A stretch of DNA of 63,408 nucleotides, counting the filler. It is 5 parts of 5 records of this genome, joined end to end, with 100 filler letters (N's around TTAATTAATTAA, not from the genome) between each part and the next. Parts side by side here need not be neighbours in the genome. Positions count along the whole stretch, not along the records: positions 1 to 26,648 come from SRR31156797_9401; 4 more parts are not named here. One strand, written 5' to 3'. Below, one piece after another: positions 10,062 to 19,812 of the stretch. The notes under the pieces are model-generated. The model did not search any database. It was not told where the DNA came from and was given only the letters and a program-made list of their open reading frames with translations. Within the stretch, counting starts at the first letter, position 1. Each line of letters opens with the position of its first letter. The position numbers were made by a program, and so were the translations under genes.

Positions 10062-11075
10062 TTATATCCCGGTCGTTTTGTCTTTCCGGTTTTCGGGCCA
10101 TGGCGCCAACTCATAGAAATCGCTTGCCAGTTTTTTCTTTTTGCAACTGGAGCAAAAACCCCGAAAATCATCGGAAATCGTCTGTTCCACCTTGTCCAAC
10201 AGCGCTGTAGGCGCAAACAGGTTCCCGCATCCTTGACATGTTGAAAGCGCAACGGATTGAAGCACTTCCTTTCCAAATGGCCGGAAAAATGTTTTCAGAC
10301 CAAATTCATGTCTTAGTTCCGCAGCCTGCTCGGGACAGGCATTAATACAAGCCCCGCAACGGATACATTGAAACAGCGCGTACGAAAAATCCCGGATCTC
10401 CCCATCGTCTCTCGATTCAAGCGTTTCCGTGGGACAATGGGTTTCGCATGCAGCGCAACCGGTACATTTATTCTTGTTCAGCCGCGTCCTGCAAAAAAGG
10501 AAGACCGCTGCAATCAACATGATCTCGCCACAGAGCACGTGAATGAGCCGCATGTTATTTTCCATGAAGGGTATGACGTCCAGATTGCCGTGGGCCAACA
10601 AATATCCCGTCAGAAACGGCAAAGAGACGATAACGATTAACACATAGTCGGACGCTGAGGAGTTCATACGAACTTCTGAAAACGCGATTCGCCGAATCAA
10701 AAAACATGCGGCCAGTCCCAGCAAAAGGAGCGTCATCCAGTCCGCCCACACATCCGGGAGGGAAGCCCACGACCACTCCAATCTCGATTCTTCCCACAGG
10801 ACAATGTGGCCGCTTAACCAGATCGGCACCGCAATCAGGCATATATGAAATATATACCGAACCGCTGCATAGACCGGCATCTTGATAATCCCCTTGTGGA
10901 AAGGAAAGAGCAACCGTGGGAGGGTTGTTGAAGTGCTTCTTTCCCGGTCATTCTTCCTGTTCCCGCCCTTTGCAATTGCCAGTGAAAAGCATACCGCCCG
11001 GGCAATAAGCCCGGAAACGAACATGAGGAAAACAATCCACAATAAAGGTCCTTCCACAAAGGAATCAAAATCCAT
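10062..11075 (-). CDS. NarI/TmcC/HmcE-like membrane cytochrome b fused to 2x[4Fe-4S] ferredoxin domain
   Basis: Several hydrophobic helices with His pairs (IFHI...SGHI; AHG...LIHV); CTGCAACETHCP, CIRCGACINACP; extra CxxC...CxxC. Confidence 0.72.
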   Translation of the reverse strand: MDFDSFVEGPLLWIVFLMFVSGLIARAVCFSLAIAKGGNRKNDRERSTSTTLPRLLFPFHKGIIKMPVYAAVRYIFHICLIAVPIWLSGHIVLWEESRLEWSWASLPDVWADWMTLLLLGLAACFLIRRIAFSEVRMNSSASDYVLIVIVSLPFLTGYLLAHGNLDVIPFMENNMRLIHVLCGEIMLIAAVFLFCRTRLNKNKCTGCAACETHCPTETLESRDDGEIRDFSYALFQCIRCGACINACPEQAAELRHEFGLKTFFRPFGKEVLQSVALSTCQGCGNLFAPTALLDKVEQTISDDFRGFCSSCKKKKLASDFYELAPWPENRKDKTTGI

Positions 11076-11102
11076 CTTGCACCATTACTCCCTGAGTCAA
11101 AA

Positions 11103-11606
11103 TCAAACCATTTCCATTTTTAATGATTCGCGCGTATACCGCATCAGGCCACCTGCCCGAAGGATTTCCCGCAAGAAGGGGGGGTAGGGTTCAGCGGCAA
11201 AGCTTGTGCCTGTTGTTTCATCCACCACCTCTCCGGATCGTACATTCACCCTTATGCGATGCCCGTTGGGCAAATCATTTGCTTTAATCCCCCGGCAGAC
11301 AATCAGGGGGAATCCCCGCGCTATCCCGCCGCGAAAAAAAATTCTGCCGAAGGAGTTTGCCACCACGCCGCCCAGATTCAAATCCTGAAGGATTTCCACC
11401 GAGGGCCTGGAGCTGCCGCATCCGAAGTTCTCACCCGCTACAACAATGTCTCCAGGCTGCATTTTCGACACAAAATCGGGACAAATATTCTCAAAGCAGT
11501 GGGATGCCCTTTCCATGGGGTCCGCCACATTAATATACTGTGCGGGCAGGATCTGGTCCGTATCCATATGATTCCCGAAACGCCACACATTTCCGGAAAA
11601 AATCAT
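11103..11606 (-). CDS. Aconitase-family hydratase small subunit (LeuD/DmdB-like)
   Basis: MDTDQILP, GDIVVAGENFGCGSSR, SFGRIFFR, AGGL; overlaps large subunit stop. Confidence 0.88.
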   Translation of the reverse strand: MIFSGNVWRFGNHMDTDQILPAQYINVADPMERASHCFENICPDFVSKMQPGDIVVAGENFGCGSSRPSVEILQDLNLGGVVANSFGRIFFRGGIARGFPLIVCRGIKANDLPNGHRIRVNVRSGEVVDETTGTSFAAEPYPPFLREILRAGGLMRYTRESLKMEMV

Positions 11607-12877
11607 GCCGCAACCTCTCTGGGAAGTGTGATTTCACCAGCAACTGCGCTTGCCGCCACCACCGCCGGATTGGCCAGAAATGTCCTGCTCTCCGGATGTC
11701 CCATCCTGCCGCGAAAATTCCGGTTGGTTGTGGAAATTGCCGTATCCCCGGGACCCAGAACCCCCATATGGATCCCCGCGCAGGCCCCGCAGGTGGGCGG
11801 CGCCACGGTCACCCCCGCATCCAGAAATGTTTGGATATGGCCCCGGCGGACAGCCTCCCTGTAAACCCTCTGGGACCCCGGGGTCACCATCAGGTTAACG
11901 CCACGATTGACCTTTTTATTTTTGAGGATCTCAGCAGCCTGGGCGAGATCCGGCAGTCGTCCATTGACGCAGTAGCCTATGAATGCATGTGTAATGGGCA
12001 GACCCGCCACATCTTTTAAGTCAACAACCTTATCAGGGGAATAAGGGACCGCCACCTGGAGTTCAAGCCCATCCACATCTATCTCCAGGCTTTCTGCCAC
12101 CGCTGCGTCAGGATCTCCCATGGGATATTCTTTGGGGGCTGGGAGCCCCATCTCCTTATAAAATCTAAGGGTTTCCTCATCCACTTCCACCATTCCCGTT
12201 TTTGCCCCGGCTTCCATTGTCAGATTGCAAAGGGTAAACCTCCCATGCATGGGAATATATTCGAGACTTTCGCCTGTAAACTCCACTGCCCGGTAAACGG
12301 CGCCGTTGGCGCCGATCCGGCGCAACATGGCAAGGCCGATGTCCATTCCGGAAATATGGGGTCCGGGACGACCCTTCAATACGATCCTAAGGGTCTCGGG
12401 AACCCTGAACCACAGATGTCCGGTGGCCATGGCCACTGCCCGGTCTTCCGCACTGACCCCGGTGGCCAGCGCCCCAAGGGCCCCATCGGTACAGGCGTGT
12501 GAACCGTCCACCACGATCATGCCGGGGCAGATCAGGCCGTTTTCCGCCGGGACCAGGTGCTGAATGCCGCCCCAAGGCTGTTCAAAGAGGTTTCGGATTT
12601 CCTGGGATTGGGCGAATTCCTTTATGGACCGGAGAACTTGGGCCGTCTCCAGGTCCCTGGCCGGGACGTTGTGGTCAAAGACGATGGCTATTTTATCGGG
12701 GTCGTATACCTTTTTGGCCCCCAGTTCTTGAAAAGCCCGGATGGAGCGGAGCGCCACATCCGACAGCATGACCAGATCAACCTCGGCCTCAACATACTGA
12801 CCGGGTTCAACGCCCTTTCGGCCGGAATGGCGGGCGAGGATCTTTTCTATGAGGGTCATGGACTTCAAGAGGATCAC
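11603..12877 (-). CDS. Aconitase-family hydratase large subunit (LeuC/DmdA-like), divergent active site
   Basis: MTLIEKIL, FDHNVP, three cluster Cys (GYCVNGR; CGAC), STTNRNFRGRMG. Confidence 0.88.
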   Translation of the reverse strand: MILLKSMTLIEKILARHSGRKGVEPGQYVEAEVDLVMLSDVALRSIRAFQELGAKKVYDPDKIAIVFDHNVPARDLETAQVLRSIKEFAQSQEIRNLFEQPWGGIQHLVPAENGLICPGMIVVDGSHACTDGALGALATGVSAEDRAVAMATGHLWFRVPETLRIVLKGRPGPHISGMDIGLAMLRRIGANGAVYRAVEFTGESLEYIPMHGRFTLCNLTMEAGAKTGMVEVDEETLRFYKEMGLPAPKEYPMGDPDAAVAESLEIDVDGLELQVAVPYSPDKVVDLKDVAGLPITHAFIGYCVNGRLPDLAQAAEILKNKKVNRGVNLMVTPGSQRVYREAVRRGHIQTFLDAGVTVAPPTCGACAGIHMGVLGPGDTAISTTNRNFRGRMGHPESRTFLANPAVVAASAVAGEITLPREVAA

Positions 12878-14250
12878 CTCTCCCGGGAAACAGCTTTTCG
12901 TGGTATATAAGATCCCACGCCGGCGCTTCCAACGTACCGGCCCTCTTCCACCACAACACTGCCCCGGAGTACCGTATGGGTGGGCATATACCTGACGGTC
13001 ATCCCTTCAAAGGGGGTGTAGTCCGAATCAGACGCCAACATTTTGCTGGAAATAGTCGATTCCACTTCCGGGTCAATTACCGTAAGGTCCCCGTCGCCCC
13101 CTGGAAGCAGCGTTCCTTTGGCAGGGGCCAGCCCGAAAATCTCCGCCGGCGCAATTGAGATCTTTTGAACAAGTTGCGCCAGCGGAAGCCCGCGGCGAAC
13201 CCCTTCGGTCAGGAAGACCGGCAACAGGGTGGCTACGCCGGGAAATCCGGCCGACGCCTTCCAGATACCGCCGTTTTTGCTGTCCATCCGGCGAGGGACG
13301 TGGTCCGAACCGACCACATCGATGGTTCCATCCGCTATCCCGCCCCATAAGGCCTCCACATCGTCCGGATGCCGCAAGGGGGGATTGACTTTCCCGGCGG
13401 GAAAGGGCCCGTTTTCGCAGGTCAGGGTCAAATAGTGGGGGCAGGTCTCTGCAAAGACCTTGCCCGGTCGGCGGGCCTTGGCCCGTTTGATCACTTCCAA
13501 GGCCTCTCGGCAGGTCACGTGGACCACATAAAGGGGAGCGCCCGTCTTTTCCGCCAGATAGAGGGCGCGTTGCACCGCCTCTGCCTCGGCGAAATCCGGA
13601 CGGGATCTGTCCCAGTCTCCAAGGCCGCCATCCCCGTCCTGTTGAACCTCCGGCCGCAGAATCCAGATCAGTTCAATGTTTTCCGCATGGACGCAGGGGA
13701 TCACACCGGGGAGGGAGGCTGCTGTCCGGAAAAGATTGAAAAGAAAACCGTCGTCATTGCCCGGGATATTCAGATAGACCCCCTCCTCGCCCCTGAAGAT
13801 CATAAAGAATTTGAAAGAAGGGATGCCGAAATGTTTTACGGTGTGCCCCAGGGCCTGGATCTGTTCATGGGTCACAACCGCCGGGTGCAGCCCGAAATCG
13901 CCGCACGCCCCCTTCTCGCCCGCCTCAATTTCCCTTTTCACCGATTTTGCAGGGTCCTCGGCATCGAGCAGGTAAGATAGGGTCGTGGTTATGCCGCCCA
14001 CCGCAGCGCTCCGCGTTTCGGTCTCATAACCCATTTCTCCGGGCCCCATGGTCAAATGCGTATGCGCATCCACCCCTCCCGGAAGCACCAGCTTATCTTT
14101 AGCGTCCAGCAGGCGATCCGCCTCAATGCCCTGGCCCGGACTCAAGAGCGCCGCAATCTTCCCCTTGCGGATCGCCACATCCATCCTGTAAACGCCCTGG
14201 CCGGGCATAACAACCCGACCATTTTTTACCAACAGATCCGCATGCATCAT
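12874..14250 (-). CDS. Cyclic amidohydrolase (dihydropyrimidinase/hydantoinase/allantoinase family)
   Basis: DAHTH, carbamylated-Lys motif SFKFF, VHAEN, VVHVT, ETCPHYL, KVNPPLR, GSDH. Confidence 0.88.
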   Translation of the reverse strand: MMHADLLVKNGRVVMPGQGVYRMDVAIRKGKIAALLSPGQGIEADRLLDAKDKLVLPGGVDAHTHLTMGPGEMGYETETRSAAVGGITTTLSYLLDAEDPAKSVKREIEAGEKGACGDFGLHPAVVTHEQIQALGHTVKHFGIPSFKFFMIFRGEEGVYLNIPGNDDGFLFNLFRTAASLPGVIPCVHAENIELIWILRPEVQQDGDGGLGDWDRSRPDFAEAEAVQRALYLAEKTGAPLYVVHVTCREALEVIKRAKARRPGKVFAETCPHYLTLTCENGPFPAGKVNPPLRHPDDVEALWGGIADGTIDVVGSDHVPRRMDSKNGGIWKASAGFPGVATLLPVFLTEGVRRGLPLAQLVQKISIAPAEIFGLAPAKGTLLPGGDGDLTVIDPEVESTISSKMLASDSDYTPFEGMTVRYMPTHTVLRGSVVVEEGRYVGSAGVGSYIPRKAVSRER

Positions 14251-14957
14251 TGATCTCCCTTTTTAAGGGGAAGTGTTTCAATGTATTGGATAACGTCTTC
14301 CGAAGGCATGACATCCGCCCACTTCTGGTCCATGTCAAAAAGATTAATGGCATGGCTGACCTCTCCACGGTCAAATACACCGTCTTCCACCACAACCACG
14401 TTGAACCCGTAGGAAAAGGCGTCGGCAACCGTCGCCCTGACGCACCCGCTGGTGGTGGCGCCCGTCACGATGACGGTATCTCTGTCCAGGTCGTTCAGAT
14501 AGGTCATGAGAGGCGTCCCGAAAAACGCTGAAGCGTATCGCTTACTGACGATGACATCCCCCTGTTCCGGGGCAATGGACTCAATGATCTGGGTTCCACG
14601 GTTCCCGATGTAGCTTGTCTTATCGGCGATGGCCGGGATCTTGTCTTTCCATCTGCCGGTATCAAACCGGTTCTTTCGCTCCACAACGGGATAGAGGATG
14701 GGAACGCCCCGGGGTCGGGCGGCCGCCAGTAACGCTTCAATGACACGTACCGATTTCCAGCCGGTCTCGCCGCAACTGGTCTTGTACTCTTCAATGGCTT
14801 CCAGAATCGGTTTGGGTTCTTCACCACAGGTCCGATATTGGACGTCAATGATCAAAATCGCAGGTCTCGTTCCAAAACCTGCTCTGTGACCAAAACCTGC
14901 TGCTTCATAAACCTGGCCGTCAAGCTTTGTGAGATATTTATCCCATATACGACTCAT
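14247..14957 (-). CDS. Isochorismatase-family cysteine hydrolase (maleamate amidohydrolase / N-carbamoylsarcosine amidase-like)
   Basis: Asp (IIDVQ), Lys (SKRYASAFFGT), Cys (GATTSGCVRAT) triad. Confidence 0.85.
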   Translation of the reverse strand: MSRIWDKYLTKLDGQVYEAAGFGHRAGFGTRPAILIIDVQYRTCGEEPKPILEAIEEYKTSCGETGWKSVRVIEALLAAARPRGVPILYPVVERKNRFDTGRWKDKIPAIADKTSYIGNRGTQIIESIAPEQGDVIVSKRYASAFFGTPLMTYLNDLDRDTVIVTGATTSGCVRATVADAFSYGFNVVVVEDGVFDRGEVSHAINLFDMDQKWADVMPSEDVIQYIETLPLKKGDQ

Positions 14958-14997
14958 ATCCGCCTCCTTTGAGTTTCCGAGGGCAAAGAGAAACGCC

Positions 14998-15885
14998 CTA
15001 TTCTCCAGTGTTGTTTAAGAATTGCCTCTCGAATTCATAGAAATCATCCAATCCCAGAAGTTGACTCCTCTCCTCAAGACCGACCATGTCGTCCAAATAC
15101 AACCTGATGTCGCCGGTCTCATGAAAATCCGACAGGAATTTTTGAATGGCCTTGATGGCAATTTTCTGAGAAGATCCGGAAAATGAAGCGATCTTAAAGC
15201 CCATTTCCTTCAGCTCTCTTATGGTCACCAATGGGGTCTTCCCACCTTCAACAAGATTAACCATCTGAGGCGCCGCTATGGAGGAGGCAATTTTTTTCAA
15301 TTCTTCCATGGACCGGGGCGCTTCAACAAAAATCATGTCAGCGCCCGCCTCTACATAATCTCTTGCCCTTGAAATGGCTTCGTCCAATCCGAAAACCGCC
15401 AATGCGTCGGTTCGGGAGATAATAACCAGGTCGGGATCTCTCCTTGTTTCCACGGCAGCTCTGATCTTCGTGATCATTTCTTCTCTTGAAACAATTTTTT
15501 TCCCCTCAAAATGGCCGCACCTTTTCGGAAAAATCTGGTCTTCCATCCAGAAACCGGCCACACCGGCTTCCTCAAACTCCCTCACGGTTCTCATGACGTT
15601 AACGGGGCCGCCATAACCATTGTCGCAATCACAAATAACGGGAAGGGTTGTTGCATTCACAATGTTTTTGGTTTGATTTAACACCTCAGTCATGGTCATC
15701 AGCCCCACATCCGGGACCCCGAGAACAGCGGCGCAAACCCCCGCCCCAGTCACGCCAACTACCTTGTAACCGGTTTTTTCAATCAACTTGGCCGTCAAAG
15801 AATCATAGCTGCACGGCATGGCAATAGTGCCCGGTTCCGCCAACAACTGTCGTAGTCGAGTGGTTTTACGCATTTCTTCCGTCAT
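14998..15885 (-). CDS. Isocitrate lyase/PEP mutase family C-C lyase (PrpB / 2,3-dimethylmalate lyase-like)
   Basis: DCDNGYG, EDQIFPKRCGH catalytic loop, ISRTDA, GADMIFVEA, NLVEGGKTP. Confidence 0.88.
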   Translation of the reverse strand: MTEEMRKTTRLRQLLAEPGTIAMPCSYDSLTAKLIEKTGYKVVGVTGAGVCAAVLGVPDVGLMTMTEVLNQTKNIVNATTLPVICDCDNGYGGPVNVMRTVREFEEAGVAGFWMEDQIFPKRCGHFEGKKIVSREEMITKIRAAVETRRDPDLVIISRTDALAVFGLDEAISRARDYVEAGADMIFVEAPRSMEELKKIASSIAAPQMVNLVEGGKTPLVTIRELKEMGFKIASFSGSSQKIAIKAIQKFLSDFHETGDIRLYLDDMVGLEERSQLLGLDDFYEFERQFLNNTGE

Positions 15886-15904
15886 GATTACCTTGCCAAC
15901 CTCC

Positions 15905-17110
15905 TTAAGAGAGGGGGATAGTGACGCCCCATGGTTTAGCCGGTTTATCCAATGCCGTTCTCAGCACCCTGTTGCGCCAGAGAATTTCTTCCCGGTTGGG
16001 ATGAATCATTTGTATTCCCACCAGCCGTCCATCCAGAAAAACCTGGTGAAAAAAACGTTTACCCTGTCCCATGTCTTTCGTTTCAGGTGAAAGGCCTCGC
16101 CCACGCAATTCGGCCTCCGTAAAACCCACAAAGGCCAACGGCGTATCAAAAAGTTGGGCGGTCCCCATTTGAAGCGTCGGCGGGAACTCAGACGGCAGCC
16201 CCGCGGCGTTCATGCCGGCAACGCGCCCCTGGCCGACGCCGAAATACCAAAAGAGGTTAAGCCGGTCCTCGGAAAAAAGGGGATCCGGATATTCGGCCAC
16301 GTCGCCCACTGCGTAAATACCCTGAGCCGAGGTTTGCATGGACGCATCCACCAGGATGCCGTGATTCGCCCCAAGGGTGATGCCGGCATCCTCAGCTAAG
16401 GTTGATTCGGGTTTCATGCCGGTTGCCCAGACCACAAGATCCGTTTTCAATCTCCGTTTATCAGTTTTAACCGCCGCCGCCTTATCCGCGCCGTGGACTT
16501 CCATCACCCATTCCTCAAGCCCCACATCAATCCCTTGCGCTTCCAGGGTTTGCTGCGCCCTTTCCGCCATAACGGGGTCAAGAATCCGGGGACCGATTCG
16601 ATCCATTGCCTCAATGAGGGTCACCTCTTTGCCCAGCTTCCTAAGCGCAATGGCTGCCTCAATCCCGATCAAGCCGGATCCGATGACCACTGCGCTCCCA
16701 AAAGACCATTGGCGGATGTGTGTGGCATCGTCCAAGGTCTTTAAGGTGAAGTTGCCCGGGAGATTTGCGCCCTGAACCGGCGGGATAAGTGATACGCTCC
16801 CCGTGGCAAGAATCAGTCGATCGAAGGAAATAGATGACCCTTCCGCAAAGAGGACCTCTTTCTTTAAGGGGTCAATAGACGATACGCGGTTTCCGCGGCG
16901 GCGTTCAAATCGCGTGGACGTTTGGCCGGGGTCTTCAAGGACAACCCTTTCCCGAGGGATGTCCCCTGATACATAGTCGGGCAAAACGCAGGCAGAGTAA
17001 TAAGGGGTCGTATCTCCATCAATCAGGGTGACCCTGGCATCTGGATTCCGAAGTGCCCCATTGGCGGCTGAATTGCCGGCCACCCCATTTCCGATTACGA
17101 CGATATGCAT
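15905..17110 (-). CDS. FAD/NAD(P)-dependent oxidoreductase (AorC-like, pyridine nucleotide-disulfide family)
   Basis: VIGNGVAG, LILATGS, VIGSGLIGIEAA, IYAVGD. Confidence 0.85.
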   Translation of the reverse strand: MHIVVIGNGVAGNSAANGALRNPDARVTLIDGDTTPYYSACVLPDYVSGDIPRERVVLEDPGQTSTRFERRRGNRVSSIDPLKKEVLFAEGSSISFDRLILATGSVSLIPPVQGANLPGNFTLKTLDDATHIRQWSFGSAVVIGSGLIGIEAAIALRKLGKEVTLIEAMDRIGPRILDPVMAERAQQTLEAQGIDVGLEEWVMEVHGADKAAAVKTDKRRLKTDLVVWATGMKPESTLAEDAGITLGANHGILVDASMQTSAQGIYAVGDVAEYPDPLFSEDRLNLFWYFGVGQGRVAGMNAAGLPSEFPPTLQMGTAQLFDTPLAFVGFTEAELRGRGLSPETKDMGQGKRFFHQVFLDGRLVGIQMIHPNREEILWRNRVLRTALDKPAKPWGVTIPLS

Positions 17111-17140
17111 GGTCTGTTAACCCTAAACAAAAGACTTATT

Positions 17141-17605
17141 CTACAAGTCGGGAAAGAATTTTTTTGCAGCATGACGCATCTTGGTGGTGGCAAGCTGCGT
17201 CGGGGGGAGGTACTGAATGGCCTTCTTCTCGCAAAGTTTCACACATTCAGGTTCGCCTCCACACAGATCACATCTAAGGACTTCGCCTTCCGGGGACACA
17301 AGGGTTGCTCCGAAAGGACACGCCAGGGCGCACATATGACACTGTATGCAGAGTTCTTTCCGCGTTTCCATGGCGCCTGTTTCCGGGTTGCGACCGATGG
17401 CATGGGTCGGACAGGAATCCTCACATGGCGCTTCTTGGCATTGAAGGCAGGTAACCGGAATGTCAACCCCCTGGATCTCCCACCGCATAACCCGGATCCT
17501 CGCTCGGGCCGGGTTGCATTCCCCAAAGTGCACCAAAGAGCAAACAGTCTCACATGCCCGGCAACCTGTACAAACTTCAGGGTTGGTCACAATCATCTTT
17601 GTCAT
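17141..17605 (-). CDS. 4Fe-4S polyferredoxin subunit (AorA/HydN/CooF-like)
   Basis: CTGCRACETVC, CLQCQEAPCEDSCP, CIQCHMCALACP, CDLCGGEPECVKLC. Confidence 0.88.
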   Translation of the reverse strand: MTKMIVTNPEVCTGCRACETVCSLVHFGECNPARARIRVMRWEIQGVDIPVTCLQCQEAPCEDSCPTHAIGRNPETGAMETRKELCIQCHMCALACPFGATLVSPEGEVLRCDLCGGEPECVKLCEKKAIQYLPPTQLATTKMRHAAKKFFPDL

Positions 17606-17611
17606 CGCTAA

Positions 17612-17851
17612 CTAGCCTCCGTGAAGCATTGGCATGATCTTGATTTCATCTTTATCCTCGAGCAGAACGTCATCGGTAATGAGCTTTTTGTTGATGGTCA
17701 CAACACAGCCGTCTCCGATGTATTCCGTCTCCTTTTCCTTGGCCAAGGATTTCAGGAAAGCGCGTAGGGTCCTGGAGTCCTCTTCGACGCTTACGCGCCT
17801 GAACTCCCGATTGCTCCCTCCAAAAAAACTGACACTTACCTCAATGCTCAT
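17612..17851 (-). CDS. MoaD/ThiS-family sulfur carrier
   Basis: 79 aa, beta-grasp size, C-terminal LEDKDEIKIMPMLHGG. Confidence 0.85.
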   Translation of the reverse strand: MSIEVSVSFFGGSNREFRRVSVEEDSRTLRAFLKSLAKEKETEYIGDGCVVTINKKLITDDVLLEDKDEIKIMPMLHGG

Positions 17852-17864
17852 GGCCTCTTCTCAT

Positions 17865-19781
17865 TTACGCGGCAGGCTTTTCCGTTTTGCCGAGTTCAAC
17901 CAACTCATCCGCCACATCGGGCATACCCAGTCTGTTCAAGGCCTCATAGGTGGGGATTCCCGTCTCCGGATTTGCCCCAACCCGTTTATAATATGCTTTG
18001 AGCATATCTCTGAAAGGTCCTGGTTCCAGGACATCGCCCTTGTACTTGCCCACTGAAAGCGGCTCCTTTTGCAATCTCTCGCAGGGAATATCGTCTTCAA
18101 TGGTCATCCCTTCCCTTGCGTTGATGGACATCTCAAGGAGCCAGGTCCTGTCAGCGGCGCTAACGAAATCTTCCACGCTGTAATCGGCGCCGGTGGCCGC
18201 GTTGAACATCTCATTAATCTGCTCAATGTAAGTGGGATATCCGCACCAGAACGTATTGAAAAGGCAAATCCCCGTGCTGTCGCATATGGTGGCAAGCCGT
18301 TGATAATATTGAACGCCTTTGGGTTTCCCTTCGGTTTCGTAGAGTTTTGGGTTCATAACATCCGTTGTGCCGAAGAGCTCCATCACCTGTTCTTTTGTGG
18401 CCTGCATACCCTCGGCTTTTAGAAGCCCCCTGCAATGGTGCCCCCCTACCGTTGAGGTGGCATATGAAAGAGCCCATGCCTTCATGTTGCGTGTTTCAAC
18501 GGCTGTGGGGCACATCTTTTTGAAATGAACCACGCGGGAAGGCGCATTCCCCCCGATCTTTTGGGCCATGAGATAGGGCCCTTCCGCCAGAAGGTCTCCA
18601 AATCCATCCCTGTGGGCGATCTTATGGATGCATTGAACCATTGAATCCCTGTTTCCCCAGGTCAAATCGATCTGATCCGTATCTTTCAACGTAAGGATAT
18701 CGCGTTCGAATAAATCCATGGCCAGGGCAATACTGCCGCCTGTGGATACCACATCCAGCCCATACTGGTTTGCGAGATTTGCACACTCAAAGACCGTCTC
18801 CATATCATTGAAGTTGCCGCTTCTCAGACCAAAGGCATTCATGGTCTCGTACTCCACGCCGAGCCCCTCCTGTTTGCCGGTTCTGAAATAGTGGTCGCAA
18901 TGGAAAAAGCACCCGTGACAGGCCCTGTTCTTGGTGGCAAACTTCTTCAGAAAGGTTTCTCCCGACATTGCATCCACATCATCAAGCGTATTAATGCTCC
19001 AGTTCTTAACGGGGACGGTTTCCAGCATATTCTTATGTTCCGTGAGCATGGGCGTTCCGTATTTGGGATACCAGTCGTACATGGGCGTGCCGACGCTGTC
19101 CTTGTACATCCTTTTAATCAGGTGAAGAAATTCTTTTGGCTTGGCAATTTTGACGCCTCTGGTTCCCCTCGTGGCCACACATTTTACTCTTTTCGATCCC
19201 AGAACGGCGCCGACCCCTGTCCTGCCGTTTGCCCTGGCAAAAGAATTCATTACGGCGGCATATTTCACCAGGTTTTCGCCTGCCTGACCGATCCCGATGA
19301 CCTGAACCGAAGGATCGTTTTCGGTCCGCCTGATCTGTTCCGTGGTTTCCCAGAAATTCTTCCCCCATAAATCAGACGCGTCTCTTATTTCGACCGTTTC
19401 ATCATCAACCCAAATATAGACCGGTTTGTCGGACCGGCCGGTGAATACAATGGTGTCATAACCCGCGAACTTGAACTCAGCCCCCCAGTGTCCCCCTGCA
19501 TTGGCGTCCCCCAGGATACCGGTGAGCGGGGAAAGCGCCGACGCGTCGCAACGCCCGCCAACCAACGTTCCGGTCAAAACCCCCGTACCGAGGACAGCAA
19601 CATTTTCCGGCGACAGCGGATCCGTGCCTGCCTCAACATTGTCAAAGAGGATCTTGACATTCATCCCCCTGCCGCCGAGGAAAAGCTTCTTCCATTCGCT
19701 GGGGATGCGCTCTTTTGTTATTTTTTTTTCGTTTAGATCGACCCAAAGAATCTTTCCGGCCCATCCGTAATCCTGACCCAT
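17865..19781 (-). CDS. aor: Tungsten aldehyde:ferredoxin oxidoreductase family protein
   Basis: LGGRG, SPLTG...NAGG-WG-EFKFAGYD, GRTGVGAVLGSK, CHGCFFHC, EYET, GICLF. Confidence 0.9.
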   Translation of the reverse strand: MGQDYGWAGKILWVDLNEKKITKERIPSEWKKLFLGGRGMNVKILFDNVEAGTDPLSPENVAVLGTGVLTGTLVGGRCDASALSPLTGILGDANAGGHWGAEFKFAGYDTIVFTGRSDKPVYIWVDDETVEIRDASDLWGKNFWETTEQIRRTENDPSVQVIGIGQAGENLVKYAAVMNSFARANGRTGVGAVLGSKRVKCVATRGTRGVKIAKPKEFLHLIKRMYKDSVGTPMYDWYPKYGTPMLTEHKNMLETVPVKNWSINTLDDVDAMSGETFLKKFATKNRACHGCFFHCDHYFRTGKQEGLGVEYETMNAFGLRSGNFNDMETVFECANLANQYGLDVVSTGGSIALAMDLFERDILTLKDTDQIDLTWGNRDSMVQCIHKIAHRDGFGDLLAEGPYLMAQKIGGNAPSRVVHFKKMCPTAVETRNMKAWALSYATSTVGGHHCRGLLKAEGMQATKEQVMELFGTTDVMNPKLYETEGKPKGVQYYQRLATICDSTGICLFNTFWCGYPTYIEQINEMFNAATGADYSVEDFVSAADRTWLLEMSINAREGMTIEDDIPCERLQKEPLSVGKYKGDVLEPGPFRDMLKAYYKRVGANPETGIPTYEALNRLGMPDVADELVELGKTEKPAA

Positions 19782-19812
19782 GGCTCACCCTCCTCAAAAT
19801 GGTATTTTGTCC

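Noticed and set aside
11103-12877. Leucine biosynthesis leuCD
   Set aside because: No leuA/leuB nearby, catabolic context, altered motifs
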